Source: Patescibacteria group bacterium
GTDB taxonomy: Bacteria; Patescibacteriota; Microgenomatia; UBA8517
DNA length: 64,000 nt
NCBI GenBank assembly: GCA_018823885.1
Contig: JAHJHG010000006.1
Span: 10,752-74,751 of the forward strand
Direction: 5' to 3'
A model generated the notes under the pieces. It saw nothing but the letters and a program-made list of their open reading frames with translations, did not search any database and was not told where the DNA came from. The position numbers and the translations under genes are program-made. Shown in pieces: positions 40,190-49,613 of this stretch; position 1 is the first letter of the stretch, and each line of letters begins with the position of its first letter.

Positions 40190-40455
40190 TTGTAATTTTT
40201 ATCATTTGTGCTATAATTCTTCAAGAAATTTCCTACTCGCTTATTGTAAATGTAGTATGGAAAAATTCTAATTAAATTTTGTTCTTTAACAACAAGATAA
40301 TACCTTTTTGCGCTTCTTGCGCAAAAAAATGTAAATTGTCAAAAAACTCATAACAAAAGGAGGAAAAGCATGACAAAAGGATAGCCGCGTCTTCTGTCCT
40401 ATGGGGCTACTTCCCCAAATAGACGTAATCGTTTTTCAAAAAAGGAGAAAGTACG
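40190..40455 (+). promoter_or_regulatory. rrn-like leader: promoter, hairpin, boxA, stalk strands, uORF, SD
   Basis: TTGTAA-N16-(TG)TATAAT; GTTCTTTAAC 40281-40290; AACAAGATAATACC complementary to 42691-42704. Confidence 0.65.
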
Positions 40456-42543
40456 ATGAAGAAACTTTTTGTTATCGCATTGACACTGTTACTATTGTTA
40501 GTAGCAGCGGTCGCCGTATCAGCGGCCACTCCCCTCCCAGTATGTCCAGAAAGTGGAGGCGGCTGGACCAGGGTTAATAACGGAAATTGGACTGAAGTCA
40601 CGGGCGCGACTAACTACTGCTTTAAGTTCGGGAATGGTGCAGCGCCTGGAGCCGGACCATCATGCGCACCAGAACCTGCGCTCTACGGCTCGAGCTACCC
40701 GGGAGCAACACCCGCAAGTCGGTGTCCCCTAAATCACTGGGCATACTTTGTTCCCCCGGAACCTCAGTGTGGACCGAACGAGTGGTCAACTGAAGAGGGG
40801 TGTATACCCAAAACCGACATCTGTCATGCAACCGGTAGTTGGATTCACCCATTCCAACTGATCTCCCCTTCCAATATCGGCATTCTCATGGGGCATGTTG
40901 GTCCAGGCCATCAAAGTGGTGAGGACATCATCCCGCCGATCCCCTTCTATCTGCCAGCAGGTCAAAATTGGAATACGGTTGGGCAGGCTATCTTCAACAA
41001 CGGATGTGAATTGCCTGAGCCTCATGACTACGAGCTTGTGTTTGACTATCGTAACGAATGCGATGGTAATAATTACTATCGCATCATGCTGACGGATTTT
41101 GGTCAGTATGTCACCACTCTCTATCACAGTGGTTACTTCGTATGGTCTGAGCCGTTCTTGCTCGAAAACAAAACGTTTGGACCGTTTGATCTTGGCGAGT
41201 TTGGGACATTCCCTGCTGTAACGCTGGATGAACCCTTGGATTGCCAAGTCGAACATGAACTTGCGTTCGTGTATACGAATAAGTGCGTCGGTTGGTCCTA
41301 TGGGTATGTACTCGATGGCGTCGAAACAATCATCGCCTCTGGTGAATGGGTTGATCCATATGGTGAGCCGGAAAAGATCTTTGTAAGTTTTGAGGTCTTC
41401 CTACCCGCAGGTGAGATTGCAAATCGCAGTCCCATCTTCGGCCCGTGGTACCTTGTGGAACCAGCCGATTGCCAGATCTTCCGCACGTACAAGGCTCATC
41501 AAGCATATCTTGCGGATAGTTGCGAGGGAATCCATCGAGTGATCAACTTGTACGAAGGCCCAGCCAGTGATCCGTATGATGTATTGGTTGGCACTCTCTA
41601 CAACGAGACGGTTCTGTTCTCGGATCCTTTCAATCTCGAGACCATTCCGGCCGTCACCGTTGATGTCCCGGCAGCGTATGGCCCAGACTACACCTTCGCC
41701 GCTATGGACGAACCATCAACCTGTTACAGCACCTGTGATCTGACCACTCCGGTGGTACAAGATCCTGTTTGGAACCCGTGGTCACCATGGGTATACAATC
41801 CTATCAGCGGTCTTGAGGAAAGTTTCCACACAGGAACACAGACAACCTTATTCATGGACAGTGTCGATGAAGGGTATGTCTGTGGCTCATCGGTTGAAGA
41901 GTTATTCGAATCTCGAACACGGGAAGTGGATTACTCGCTAACCGTCGTTGGTTCCGGAGACTGCTTCAACTGGGAGTACGTCCCTGCTTTCACCAAGGGT
42001 GGTGAAATGACCGTCGTTGGCGATCTGACAGGCGAATGGCTGGACATCTATGGGCCTGAAACCGCTCCAGTACCAACCGTCACTGTTGTATGGCCAAGCG
42101 GCTATGCTCTGACAGTTACACCTGAAGCCGTTGTCAAAGATGTTGGCTGTATTCAATGCCGAATCACGCCTTACTACCCACAAGCGTCATACCATGACGC
42201 AGCTGCTCCTGGCGTTTACTGGCAAGGTCCATTCGGTCTAGGAGCTGGTGTGTGTAGCGTTATTCATCCTGAAGGCCAAGTACCTTCAGCTGAGCGCGTA
42301 ACCACGATCTGCTCCCTCTGCCCCGATGTGTTTGAAGGTGGTTATATCTATCAGGTTAACCACATGTTCTATGACGGCTGGGTCTACAAGGTCCAGTGCT
42401 ACGGTCAAGAACCTCACTACACGTACATGGGGTACAACTGGGACGCATACGTCAGAATTGGCGAATACACCACAGAAGGTGAACGCCTCTCCTGCCGCGT
42501 TCAAGGTTGTGCGGACTGGATTCACGAAAACATGGTGGAATAG
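40456..42543 (+). CDS. Secreted Cys-rich repeat protein
   Basis: Sec signal; ICHATGS...GH...H..DIIPP module; about four repeats (C.G...W.DP..E...EP..C); GC-richer. Confidence 0.8.
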   Translation: MKKLFVIALTLLLLLVAAVAVSAATPLPVCPESGGGWTRVNNGNWTEVTGATNYCFKFGNGAAPGAGPSCAPEPALYGSSYPGATPASRCPLNHWAYFVPPEPQCGPNEWSTEEGCIPKTDICHATGSWIHPFQLISPSNIGILMGHVGPGHQSGEDIIPPIPFYLPAGQNWNTVGQAIFNNGCELPEPHDYELVFDYRNECDGNNYYRIMLTDFGQYVTTLYHSGYFVWSEPFLLENKTFGPFDLGEFGTFPAVTLDEPLDCQVEHELAFVYTNKCVGWSYGYVLDGVETIIASGEWVDPYGEPEKIFVSFEVFLPAGEIANRSPIFGPWYLVEPADCQIFRTYKAHQAYLADSCEGIHRVINLYEGPASDPYDVLVGTLYNETVLFSDPFNLETIPAVTVDVPAAYGPDYTFAAMDEPSTCYSTCDLTTPVVQDPVWNPWSPWVYNPISGLEESFHTGTQTTLFMDSVDEGYVCGSSVEELFESRTREVDYSLTVVGSGDCFNWEYVPAFTKGGEMTVVGDLTGEWLDIYGPETAPVPTVTVVWPSGYALTVTPEAVVKDVGCIQCRITPYYPQASYHDAAAPGVYWQGPFGLGAGVCSVIHPEGQVPSAERVTTICSLCPDVFEGGYIYQVNHMFYDGWVYKVQCYGQEPHYTYMGYNWDAYVRIGEYTTEGERLSCRVQGCADWIHENMVE

Positions 42544-42761
42544 CTCTGAGATAGCTTAGCCATGTGTGAGGTGTCACTCAACTATGTACAACCGAGTGGC
42601 ACCTCATTTCCAAATTACGACAATTACATTCAAAATCAATACAACAAATTATATTTATCGCAAATATGAATATTTGTTTTTTGGTTTTACGGTATTATCT
42701 TGTTTCGCGTCTACTGAATATCAGTACTGAAGAGTCTTCCAAAAGGCAAGACGAAACGCAA

Positions 42762-42786
42762 AAACCCGCTTTAAAAAAGCGGGTTT
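42762..42786. terminator. Bidirectional intrinsic terminator between 16S and the convergent gene
   Basis: AAACCCGCTTT-AAA-AAAGCGGGTTT with A/T flanks. Confidence 0.7.
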
Positions 42787-42911
42787 CTTTGTTTTAACAA
42801 TCAAAATACGACTAGAAGCGGGTTCGGTTTTTTTACAGTTTAACCGTGACCTAAAAGCTGGGTGTATACCTACCCTCAGATAAATCTGAAAGCAGTCGTG
42901 ATACTCCTTAG

Positions 42912-44374
42912 AAAGGAGGTGATCCATCCGCTCCTTCCAGAACGGATACCTTGTTACGACTTAATTCTTGTCGCTGGTCTCACCTTCCCCCGATTCAATC
43001 GAGGTTCGGGTGCTTCCAACTTCACTAACTTGACGGGCGGTGTGTACAAGACCTGAGAACGTATTCACCGCGGCTTGGCTGATCCGCGATTACTACCAAT
43101 TCCACGTTCATGAGGGCGAATTGCAGCCCTCAATCCCCACTGAGAAGCCGTTTGATGGGATTAGCTCCGTGTTACCACTTGGCAACCCATTGTCGGCTCC
43201 ATTGTAGCATGTGTGTAGCCCTGGACATAAGGGCCATGCTGACTTAACGTCGTCCCCGCCTTCCTCCCGAGAATGACTCGGGCAGTCCCGTATGAATATT
43301 CAACATACGGCGAGGGTTGCGCTCGTTACCCCACTGAAGGGAACACCTCACGACACGAGCTGACGATAGCCATGCAGCACCTGTTCTAGTACCTTCGAAA
43401 GAGTCACCATTTCTGGTGATGTGCAACTAGTATGTCAAGTCCAGGTAAGGTTCTTCGGTTCGTCTCGAATTAAACCACATGCTCCACTGGTTGTGCAGGT
43501 CCCCGTCAATTCCTTTGAGTTTTAGTCTTGCGACCGTACTCCCCAGGCGGCTCGCTTAACGCGTTAGCTTGCGAGACGGAAAAATAAATTCCCCATCCCT
43601 AGCGAGCATCGTTTACGGCTAGGACTACAGCGGTCTCTAATCGCTTTCGCTACCCTAGCTTTCGTTCCTCAGCGTCAAGAAATGCCTAGTTACCCGCCTT
43701 CGCCCTTGGTGTTCTTGTCGATATCAACGGATTTCACCCCTACACCGACAATTCCAGTAACCCCGACATTCTTCAATTCTGGTAGTATTATGCCCCTTCC
43801 CGAGGTTAAGCCCCGGTCTTTGAAACATAACTTACCAAAAAGCCTACGAACTCTTTACGCCCAATAAATCCGGACAACGCTTGCACCCTACGTATTACCG
43901 CAGCTGCTGGCACGTAGTTAGCGGGTGCTTATTCTCCAGTCGGTCTCCCTTCTGGCAAAAGAGGTTTACAACCCTAAGGCCTTCATCCCTCACGCGGCGT
44001 CGCGGCGTCAGACTTTCGTCCATTGCGCACGATTCCCGGTTGCTGCCACCCGTAGGTGTAAGGCCCGTGTCTCAGTGCCTTTCTGGGGGAACACGCTCTC
44101 ACGCCCCCTACCCGTCGTAGCCTTGGTAGGCTATTACCCTACCAACAAGCTGATGGGCCGCAGGCTCCTCCCTCGGCGGGCAGTTACGCCCTTTCATCCT
44201 TGGATCTTATGCGGTATTAACTACTCTTTCGAGTAGGTATTCCACACCAAGGGGTAGATTCCTACGTGTTACTCAGCCGTTCGCGACTTACTATCCGAAG
44301 ATAGCTCGTTCCACTTGCATGCCTAAGGCACGCCGCCAGCGTTCGTCCTGGGCCAGGATCAAACCCTCAAATAG
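42912..44374 (-). rRNA. rrs: 16S rRNA (ends approximate)
   Basis: AGGGTTTGATCCTGG, GTGCCAGCAGCTGCGGTAA, GTACACACCGCCCGTC, GATCACCTCCTTT; no large insertion seen. Confidence 0.97.
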
Positions 44375-44425
44375 TGACGAGTTTTGAACCTAAACATGCA
44401 TAAGCACGAATAAGTATTCGTCTTA

Positions 44426-44578
44426 CGCTTCCAGTCATATTTTGATTGTCAAAGTGCGCACATTTTTGAGACTAAAAAACCGCCCAGATGGACGGCTTCA
44501 CAAGGCTTTTTAAGCCATCTGGTATTTCGTCTTACATCATGTGCATCGTTATTATAACACACGATTCAATGGGGTCAA
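44426..44578 (-). promoter_or_regulatory. 16S promoter, leader hairpin, boxA and processing stalk
   Basis: TTGACC-N16-TATAAT; CCAGATGG/CCATCTGG; GCACTTTGACAA; 44426-44449 pairs with 42797-42820 (24 bp, two G:U). Confidence 0.8.
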
Positions 44579-44614
44579 CGAGAAGTAAATAATTGTTTTT
44601 GCAGCCCTCCAACC

Positions 44615-44689
44615 CTACTTCTTTTCCATCACTTTGGTCATCATAAACTCGAGAAGATCGCTCCTAGAGATTAAATAGACACTATATTT
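44615..44689 (-). pseudogene. Start-less duplicate of the 3' end of the HTH gene (45106-45180)
   Basis: Translates KYSVYLISRSDLLEFMMTKVMEKK* versus KYGVYLVSRSDLLEFMMSKVMEER*; in-frame stop just upstream. Confidence 0.8.
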
Positions 44690-44730
44690 TATTCAGCAAT
44701 AACGAAGTTGACTTGTCCTATTTTCTTTCA

Positions 44731-45045
44731 TTAAACCTCCCTTAACTCCATCCCCTCTTTATGAAGCCACTCGGCAAGAAAATCTGATACTTTAGTTCCG
44801 GAAATACCTTTCTTGGTATAAATTTGTATTACAGAAGGATTTTGTCCAGAAATTATCTGGGCATTTCTTTCAAAATTTCCTAAACCCTCTCTTAATCTTT
44901 CGGGAAGATTGTCCGTAAACTCAATAACACATCTATCACTGTCAACTGGAACTATTACTAAATCGATTTCTCCTTCTATTAACAGCTGAGGAACATCTTT
45001 CCAAGGTACATTCGTAGAATATCTTATTCCTTCTTTTTCAATCAT
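44731..45045 (-). CDS. Hypothetical protein between the duplicated segments
   Basis: 104-aa ORF. Confidence 0.6.
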   Translation of the reverse strand: MIEKEGIRYSTNVPWKDVPQLLIEGEIDLVIVPVDSDRCVIEFTDNLPERLREGLGNFERNAQIISGQNPSVIQIYTKKGISGTKVSDFLAEWLHKEGMELREV

Positions 45046-45105
45046 ATAATAATCGTGTAATTACTTTCCTGCAAGATAAACTAGACAAAATTAAAGGCTT
45101 TCAAT

Positions 45106-45291
45106 TCACCTTTCTTCCATCACTTTAGACATCATGAATTCGAGGAGATCACTCCTGGAGACTAAATAGACGCCGTATTTACCGGCCAGTTTTGTTGCAC
45201 GAAGTTTTTTCTCTCTAATCCAACGCCTAATCGTATCAGGGTGTTTTTTGAGATATTTGGCAGTTTGTTTAACTGTCAGATAATCCTTCAC
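45106..45291 (-). CDS. Excisionase-like HTH (HTH_17) DNA-binding protein
   Basis: YLTVKQTAKYL..HPDTIRRWIREKKLRA.K. Confidence 0.88.
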   Translation of the reverse strand: MKDYLTVKQTAKYLKKHPDTIRRWIREKKLRATKLAGKYGVYLVSRSDLLEFMMSKVMEER

Positions 45292-45325
45292 AATACCTTA
45301 GTATATCATAATGTATCAGTGGTAC

Positions 45326-45883
45326 CTAGGGAGCACAATTAGGCCAAATAGAAGCATGGCCTATTGAATAAGCATAGGCAGCCGTTTGAACTGCCTCTTC
45401 GGCATTAAGACGCAAATCAATATCAGTATCCTCCCCCATTAATAGTCTGTATTTAATCCATGTATTGGGAGAGAACTGAAAAAGACCAGCATAATTGAGT
45501 TTTATCGCCAAAGGATTAAACCCAGATTCACAAACAGCCAGATGTCTCAAAACATTAGGGTCAACACCATATTGACCAGCAAATCTTTCAATAAATCCAT
45601 GAATTTCCTCAGAACTGAAAACAGGTTGCTGAATTGGTGTAGGACTAGGTGAAGGTGTTGAAGTGGGCTTTGGTGTTTGAGTTGGTTCGGAAGTTGGTGA
45701 AGGCGTAGGGCTAGGTGTCATCACTAAAGAAGAATCATGAGTTAAACTACCATCTCCGGCAACATAATATTCTGAAAGAACCTCACCTTTTAAAAAAAAA
45801 TCCTCCCCAAAAAAACTCATACCAAAATACCCAAGCAAGAAACCCATCAAAAGAGGGGCAACAAGAAATATTTTCCTGAACAT
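45326..45883 (-). CDS. Lytic transglycosylase (SLT/Rpf-like) with PT linker
   Basis: N-terminal TM, PTPS repeats, AVCESGFNP, GLFQF...TW, W.NC; start uncertain. Confidence 0.82.
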   Translation of the reverse strand: MFRKIFLVAPLLMGFLLGYFGMSFFGEDFFLKGEVLSEYYVAGDGSLTHDSSLVMTPSPTPSPTSEPTQTPKPTSTPSPSPTPIQQPVFSSEEIHGFIERFAGQYGVDPNVLRHLAVCESGFNPLAIKLNYAGLFQFSPNTWIKYRLLMGEDTDIDLRLNAEEAVQTAAYAYSIGHASIWPNCAP

Positions 45884-46253
45884 ATTAACGCCCCTCATTA
45901 AACCACAATGTAAATAGATTAGAAAGCGAGCAGAGTGTTTCAAAAAATGATGAGCATGCCGATCTTGGCCTTTTTGCTCCTATAACTAGATGTTGTACCT
46001 GCAGTTATAATCCGAAAAAATCATTCATACGGGTCTGAGCCCTATCTATCCCTAGAAGTGTTCCAAACTAAAACTAAGCGCAATAAATAGAATACTATAG
46101 AAGTGGTCGACCGCGTTCTTTTATTATGTGTGAATCATAAATATCAACACAATACGATTAAGCTTTGGATAATTCATATATACAACATTGAAATAGGTTT
46201 TGATATCAAGAAATATTTAGACATCTCTAAATACACCCCAATTTACAAGTAAA

Positions 46254-48611
46254 TTATTTCAACCTTAGGGACAACTCTCTCTTAAGAGAATTTAAATTTT
46301 GTAGCGTCTCTGAAATTTCAAGCGTTCTCCACTTCCATTGTTTGGCCTTATTCAGGTTTTTGTCTGACACAATATTGACAACAGAACACACAGAATACTT
46401 TCTGTCATTAAATCCTATCTTTATATATTCATCTTGATCTTCTTGGTCAAAGTCAAAACCAACTAATATATGTACGCCATTTTTTTCGATAAGGGTATAT
46501 CTATCTTTAAAATCATAATGTTCCTCAATAAAGTGATAAAATGGAGCAAGCTTCGGATCGAGGTCCCACATAATTCCTCCAACGTTCTCTTCCATCGAGT
46601 GTGCACTAGAGTCAGAATTTTCTTCAACCACTTTTGTTGTAATCTCAAAAAACACTTTGTTTCTCAAATTATATAAAATGTCCTCAATTCTCTCTGAATA
46701 ATTTTGTACCTGACTTTTCCTTTCGGCTCGAGGTTTTTCCTTCTTAATTTTGTTTGCCAAAGCTAAATACATAGTATGCTCATCTACATATTCTTTAAAT
46801 GAACTAAGCCCAGAAGAATCAATCTGGGATTTTGTCTTATCAAGTTTCTCAAACCAATCCAAAAATCCTTCTTCATATTTTGTTTTTAAAGTCTTTAATC
46901 TCACGCTCTCAAGGTCGGGAAAACTAAATTTATCCTTTAAAGAATAAATACACACACTTGTTTCAAGTTCTTTGCCGTCTTTATCTGTGGCTTTCCGTTT
47001 TTCCTCTTTAGAATCAATTATTCCGTACATTTCATTCCTTTCAGCCCTCAATAGAAAATCCTCAATTGCACCTGCAAAATCTTGTCTTGATGCCTCATCA
47101 AGATCATCCAATCTTAATCTTTTTTGTATATCTTTTGGCAATATGCCCAAGAAATCGTCTTCTTTTATCTCGATTGATTTGTTACTTTGTAAAATTCCGC
47201 ACACCTCACGCATAACCAAATATAATTTTTCATTGGTCTCGTATTCTCCTGGGTATAATTTTTCATCGTAAGATGCATTTAAAAACACCTGTAGGGCGGC
47301 ACAGGTCTCCCAGTCCTCTGGTATATTGCCCTTGGATAATCCCTCAGCAGAATACACTTTTACCGAAGGTGTTTCATCCTTGTTAAAATTAATGAAATTC
47401 TCTATCAGATTATGTGTGTCAAAAATGTGGTTTTTAGCTTGCCAACTAACAAAAGATATAAATTTACTAAAAGACTTTGCATACTCCTCCGCAATATGGC
47501 CTTTTACGTAACTCATTACAATATCTTTAATGTCTGCATAATACATTGGCGAAAGAAACAGTCTGTCTGTGAACAAAGTGTACACATTTGAATACGGGTC
47601 GGTTTTCCGTTTGTTTTCTAAAATATGAAAAAAGTCATCGCTTCCCACAAATACAAAGATTGAGTTTGATAAAGTAAACAAATTTTTTAGCGACTTAACA
47701 ACTTTGTAAATTGTATGGGTGGCAACAGCATCCTCATTTAATTCTTCTGCGCTATCAAGTTTGTCCAATTCATCTATCACAAAAACAACTTTGTAGTCCT
47801 TGTTCAGCTCCACAAGCACTTGATTTAAACCAAACTCAATTGTATCGGATGACAAGTCGTATTTCGCGATACCTGTTTTTCCAGTTTTTTTATCTATTCC
47901 TGATTCTTCTCCTTCAACCGATCCATTTGTGAATGTAAAATTCAAATTAACGTTTAACAGAATCAAAATAAAGGCAGCTCCAATCAAAAACAAGATAATC
48001 ATTACCCAAGGATTAGGATTTGGGTAAAATCTAGTCAACATGTCCGCAAGCAGCCAAAAGCCAAAACCACCACTCAACCATTTCAAAAATAACTTCACCG
48101 ATGATCCTATGTCCCACTTGATGATGGTTTCCTGTGTTTCTTTTTCTTCGTGATATGAAGATTGTTTTTTAACTAACTCACTTATATTTTTATCTTTGAA
48201 CTCAGAATAATAACTTTTTTGATATAAACCTTCCAATATATCTTTTGTGTTTGACTTAACGCCTTTCCACTTGCTTTTATTTAGTGTCAAATACAAAGAT
48301 CGAGTAAGAGAATTTAATACTTTTTTCCTAATACTACCCCCTTTGGCAATACTTGCTAGTGTGGCCTCAAGAACAATTAATGACTTTTTGTTTTTTGAGT
48401 GTTTTATCTGTCTTAGAACCTCTTTCACGAATGACGTTTTGCCAATTCCCCTGGCTCCTCCAATCAATACACATGCGGCCTTACGATTTAAAATAACGTT
48501 TTTGAATTTTTGTATCAATTCGTCCCGACCTTTAAAAACGCTTTTGTCACTATCTACATCAATAGGGTCCCGATAATTTGTTCTTATATCAAACTTAAGT
48601 ATTGTTGCCAT
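46254..48611 (-). CDS. KAP-family-like P-loop NTPase with inserted TM helices
   Basis: Walker A GARGIGKTS, two TMs, Walker B VVFVIDELDK; AT-rich; directly downstream of a tRNA cluster. Confidence 0.75.
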   Translation of the reverse strand: MATILKFDIRTNYRDPIDVDSDKSVFKGRDELIQKFKNVILNRKAACVLIGGARGIGKTSFVKEVLRQIKHSKNKKSLIVLEATLASIAKGGSIRKKVLNSLTRSLYLTLNKSKWKGVKSNTKDILEGLYQKSYYSEFKDKNISELVKKQSSYHEEKETQETIIKWDIGSSVKLFLKWLSGGFGFWLLADMLTRFYPNPNPWVMIILFLIGAAFILILLNVNLNFTFTNGSVEGEESGIDKKTGKTGIAKYDLSSDTIEFGLNQVLVELNKDYKVVFVIDELDKLDSAEELNEDAVATHTIYKVVKSLKNLFTLSNSIFVFVGSDDFFHILENKRKTDPYSNVYTLFTDRLFLSPMYYADIKDIVMSYVKGHIAEEYAKSFSKFISFVSWQAKNHIFDTHNLIENFINFNKDETPSVKVYSAEGLSKGNIPEDWETCAALQVFLNASYDEKLYPGEYETNEKLYLVMREVCGILQSNKSIEIKEDDFLGILPKDIQKRLRLDDLDEASRQDFAGAIEDFLLRAERNEMYGIIDSKEEKRKATDKDGKELETSVCIYSLKDKFSFPDLESVRLKTLKTKYEEGFLDWFEKLDKTKSQIDSSGLSSFKEYVDEHTMYLALANKIKKEKPRAERKSQVQNYSERIEDILYNLRNKVFFEITTKVVEENSDSSAHSMEENVGGIMWDLDPKLAPFYHFIEEHYDFKDRYTLIEKNGVHILVGFDFDQEDQDEYIKIGFNDRKYSVCSVVNIVSDKNLNKAKQWKWRTLEISETLQNLNSLKRELSLRLK

Positions 48612-48755
48612 AAAAAACCTGCCTTCAGGCAGGTCAACTGATTCGATTGTATATCCCTTTTCCTACAGAAACAAGCGGAGCGCTCTATACAACTGTTTTT
48701 AAATTTAACTGTTAGGCAGCTTTTGGAACTATACCCAAGAATCCTGCCTATCCTG

Positions 48756-48826
48756 CTGCGGGACAGGGATTTGAACCCCAATTTCCGCTTCCAAAGAGCG
48801 GCGTGCTACCATTACACCATCCCGCA
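48756..48826 (-). tRNA. tRNA-Gln(TTG)
   Basis: TGCGGGA/TCCCGCA, anticodon loop CTTTGGA. Confidence 0.93.
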
Positions 48827-48835
48827 AGGAAAATG

Positions 48836-48907
48836 TGAGCCCGGAAGGATTCGAACCTTCGACCATCAGCTTAAAAGGCTGTTGCTCTGCCACTGAGCTA
48901 CGGGCCC
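48836..48907 (-). tRNA. tRNA-Lys(TTT)
   Basis: GGGCCCG/CGGGCTC, anticodon loop CTTTTAA. Confidence 0.93.
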
Positions 48908-48923
48908 ATGTGTATTTTTGTTG

Positions 48924-48996
48924 TGACCCCACAGGGACTCGAACCCTGGTTCCAGGCCTGAAAAGCCCGTGTCCTAGGCCACTAGACGATGGGGCC
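48924..48996 (-). tRNA. tRNA-Glu(TTC)
   Basis: GGCCCCA/TGGGGTC, anticodon loop TTTTCAG. Confidence 0.93.
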
Positions 48997-49082
48997 AAGA
49001 ATACAAAATAATACACTATTCCAATTCAAGGCCATAGTATTTTACCAAATAACCCCATGGAATGCTACAATATGGCCTAGTT

Positions 49083-49613
49083 ATGGTCAAATTAAACGCC
49101 CAGCAATTAAGAAAATCTGAGCCTAATATAAAGGAAGTTGAGAAAATAGAAAGAAATCCAATTTACCTTGTGTTAGATAGAATCATTGATACATACAACA
49201 CAGGCTCTCTTTTTAGACTGGCTGATGCTATTGCTGTTGAAAAAATGTATCTCTGTGGCGAAATGGAATATCCACCATTGTCCCGAATACATAAAGCAGC
49301 TGTAGGAACCGAGAAGTGGGTCCCTTGGGAGAAAAAGAATTCCACACTTGCCGCGGTTAAAGAACTAAAAAAGAAAGGTGTCCAAATAATAGTCGTTGAA
49401 CAAGATAGCCGATCTGTTTCATACAAGAAGATTGAGCCTAACTTGCCCGTTGCCATTGTTGTCGGGAGTGAAACTGGAGGTATTGAAAAAAAAGTGTTAG
49501 ATGAGGCAGATATTATCGTTGAATTACCAATGCTTGGGATAAATAGATCTTTTAATGTCTGGGGGTCAGCGGCCGTTATCTCGTACAAAGTGCTAGAATT
49601 TATTGAGAAATGA
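49083..49613 (+). CDS. TrmH/SpoU family RNA methyltransferase
   Basis: YNTGSLFR, VVGSETGG, LPMLG..RSFNV. Confidence 0.9.
   Translation: MVKLNAQQLRKSEPNIKEVEKIERNPIYLVLDRIIDTYNTGSLFRLADAIAVEKMYLCGEMEYPPLSRIHKAAVGTEKWVPWEKKNSTLAAVKELKKKGVQIIVVEQDSRSVSYKKIEPNLPVAIVVGSETGGIEKKVLDEADIIVELPMLGINRSFNVWGSAAVISYKVLEFIEK

Noticed and set aside
39349-42704. Inverted repeats as IS/MITE ends
   Set aside because: Each pair has a different sequence, no transposase or target duplication was seen, and they sit directly after boxA as in the rRNA stalks.
44615-45180. TR/VR pair of a diversity-generating retroelement
   Set aside because: Differences are mostly synonymous C/T changes, not adenine-specific; no reverse transcriptase in the window.
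45944-48755. tRNA-derived attL/attR flanking the KAP-like gene
   Set aside because: No duplicated tRNA 3' end found by eye downstream of the gene.
48729-49016. 95-aa ORF
   Set aside because: Overlaps three tRNA genes.
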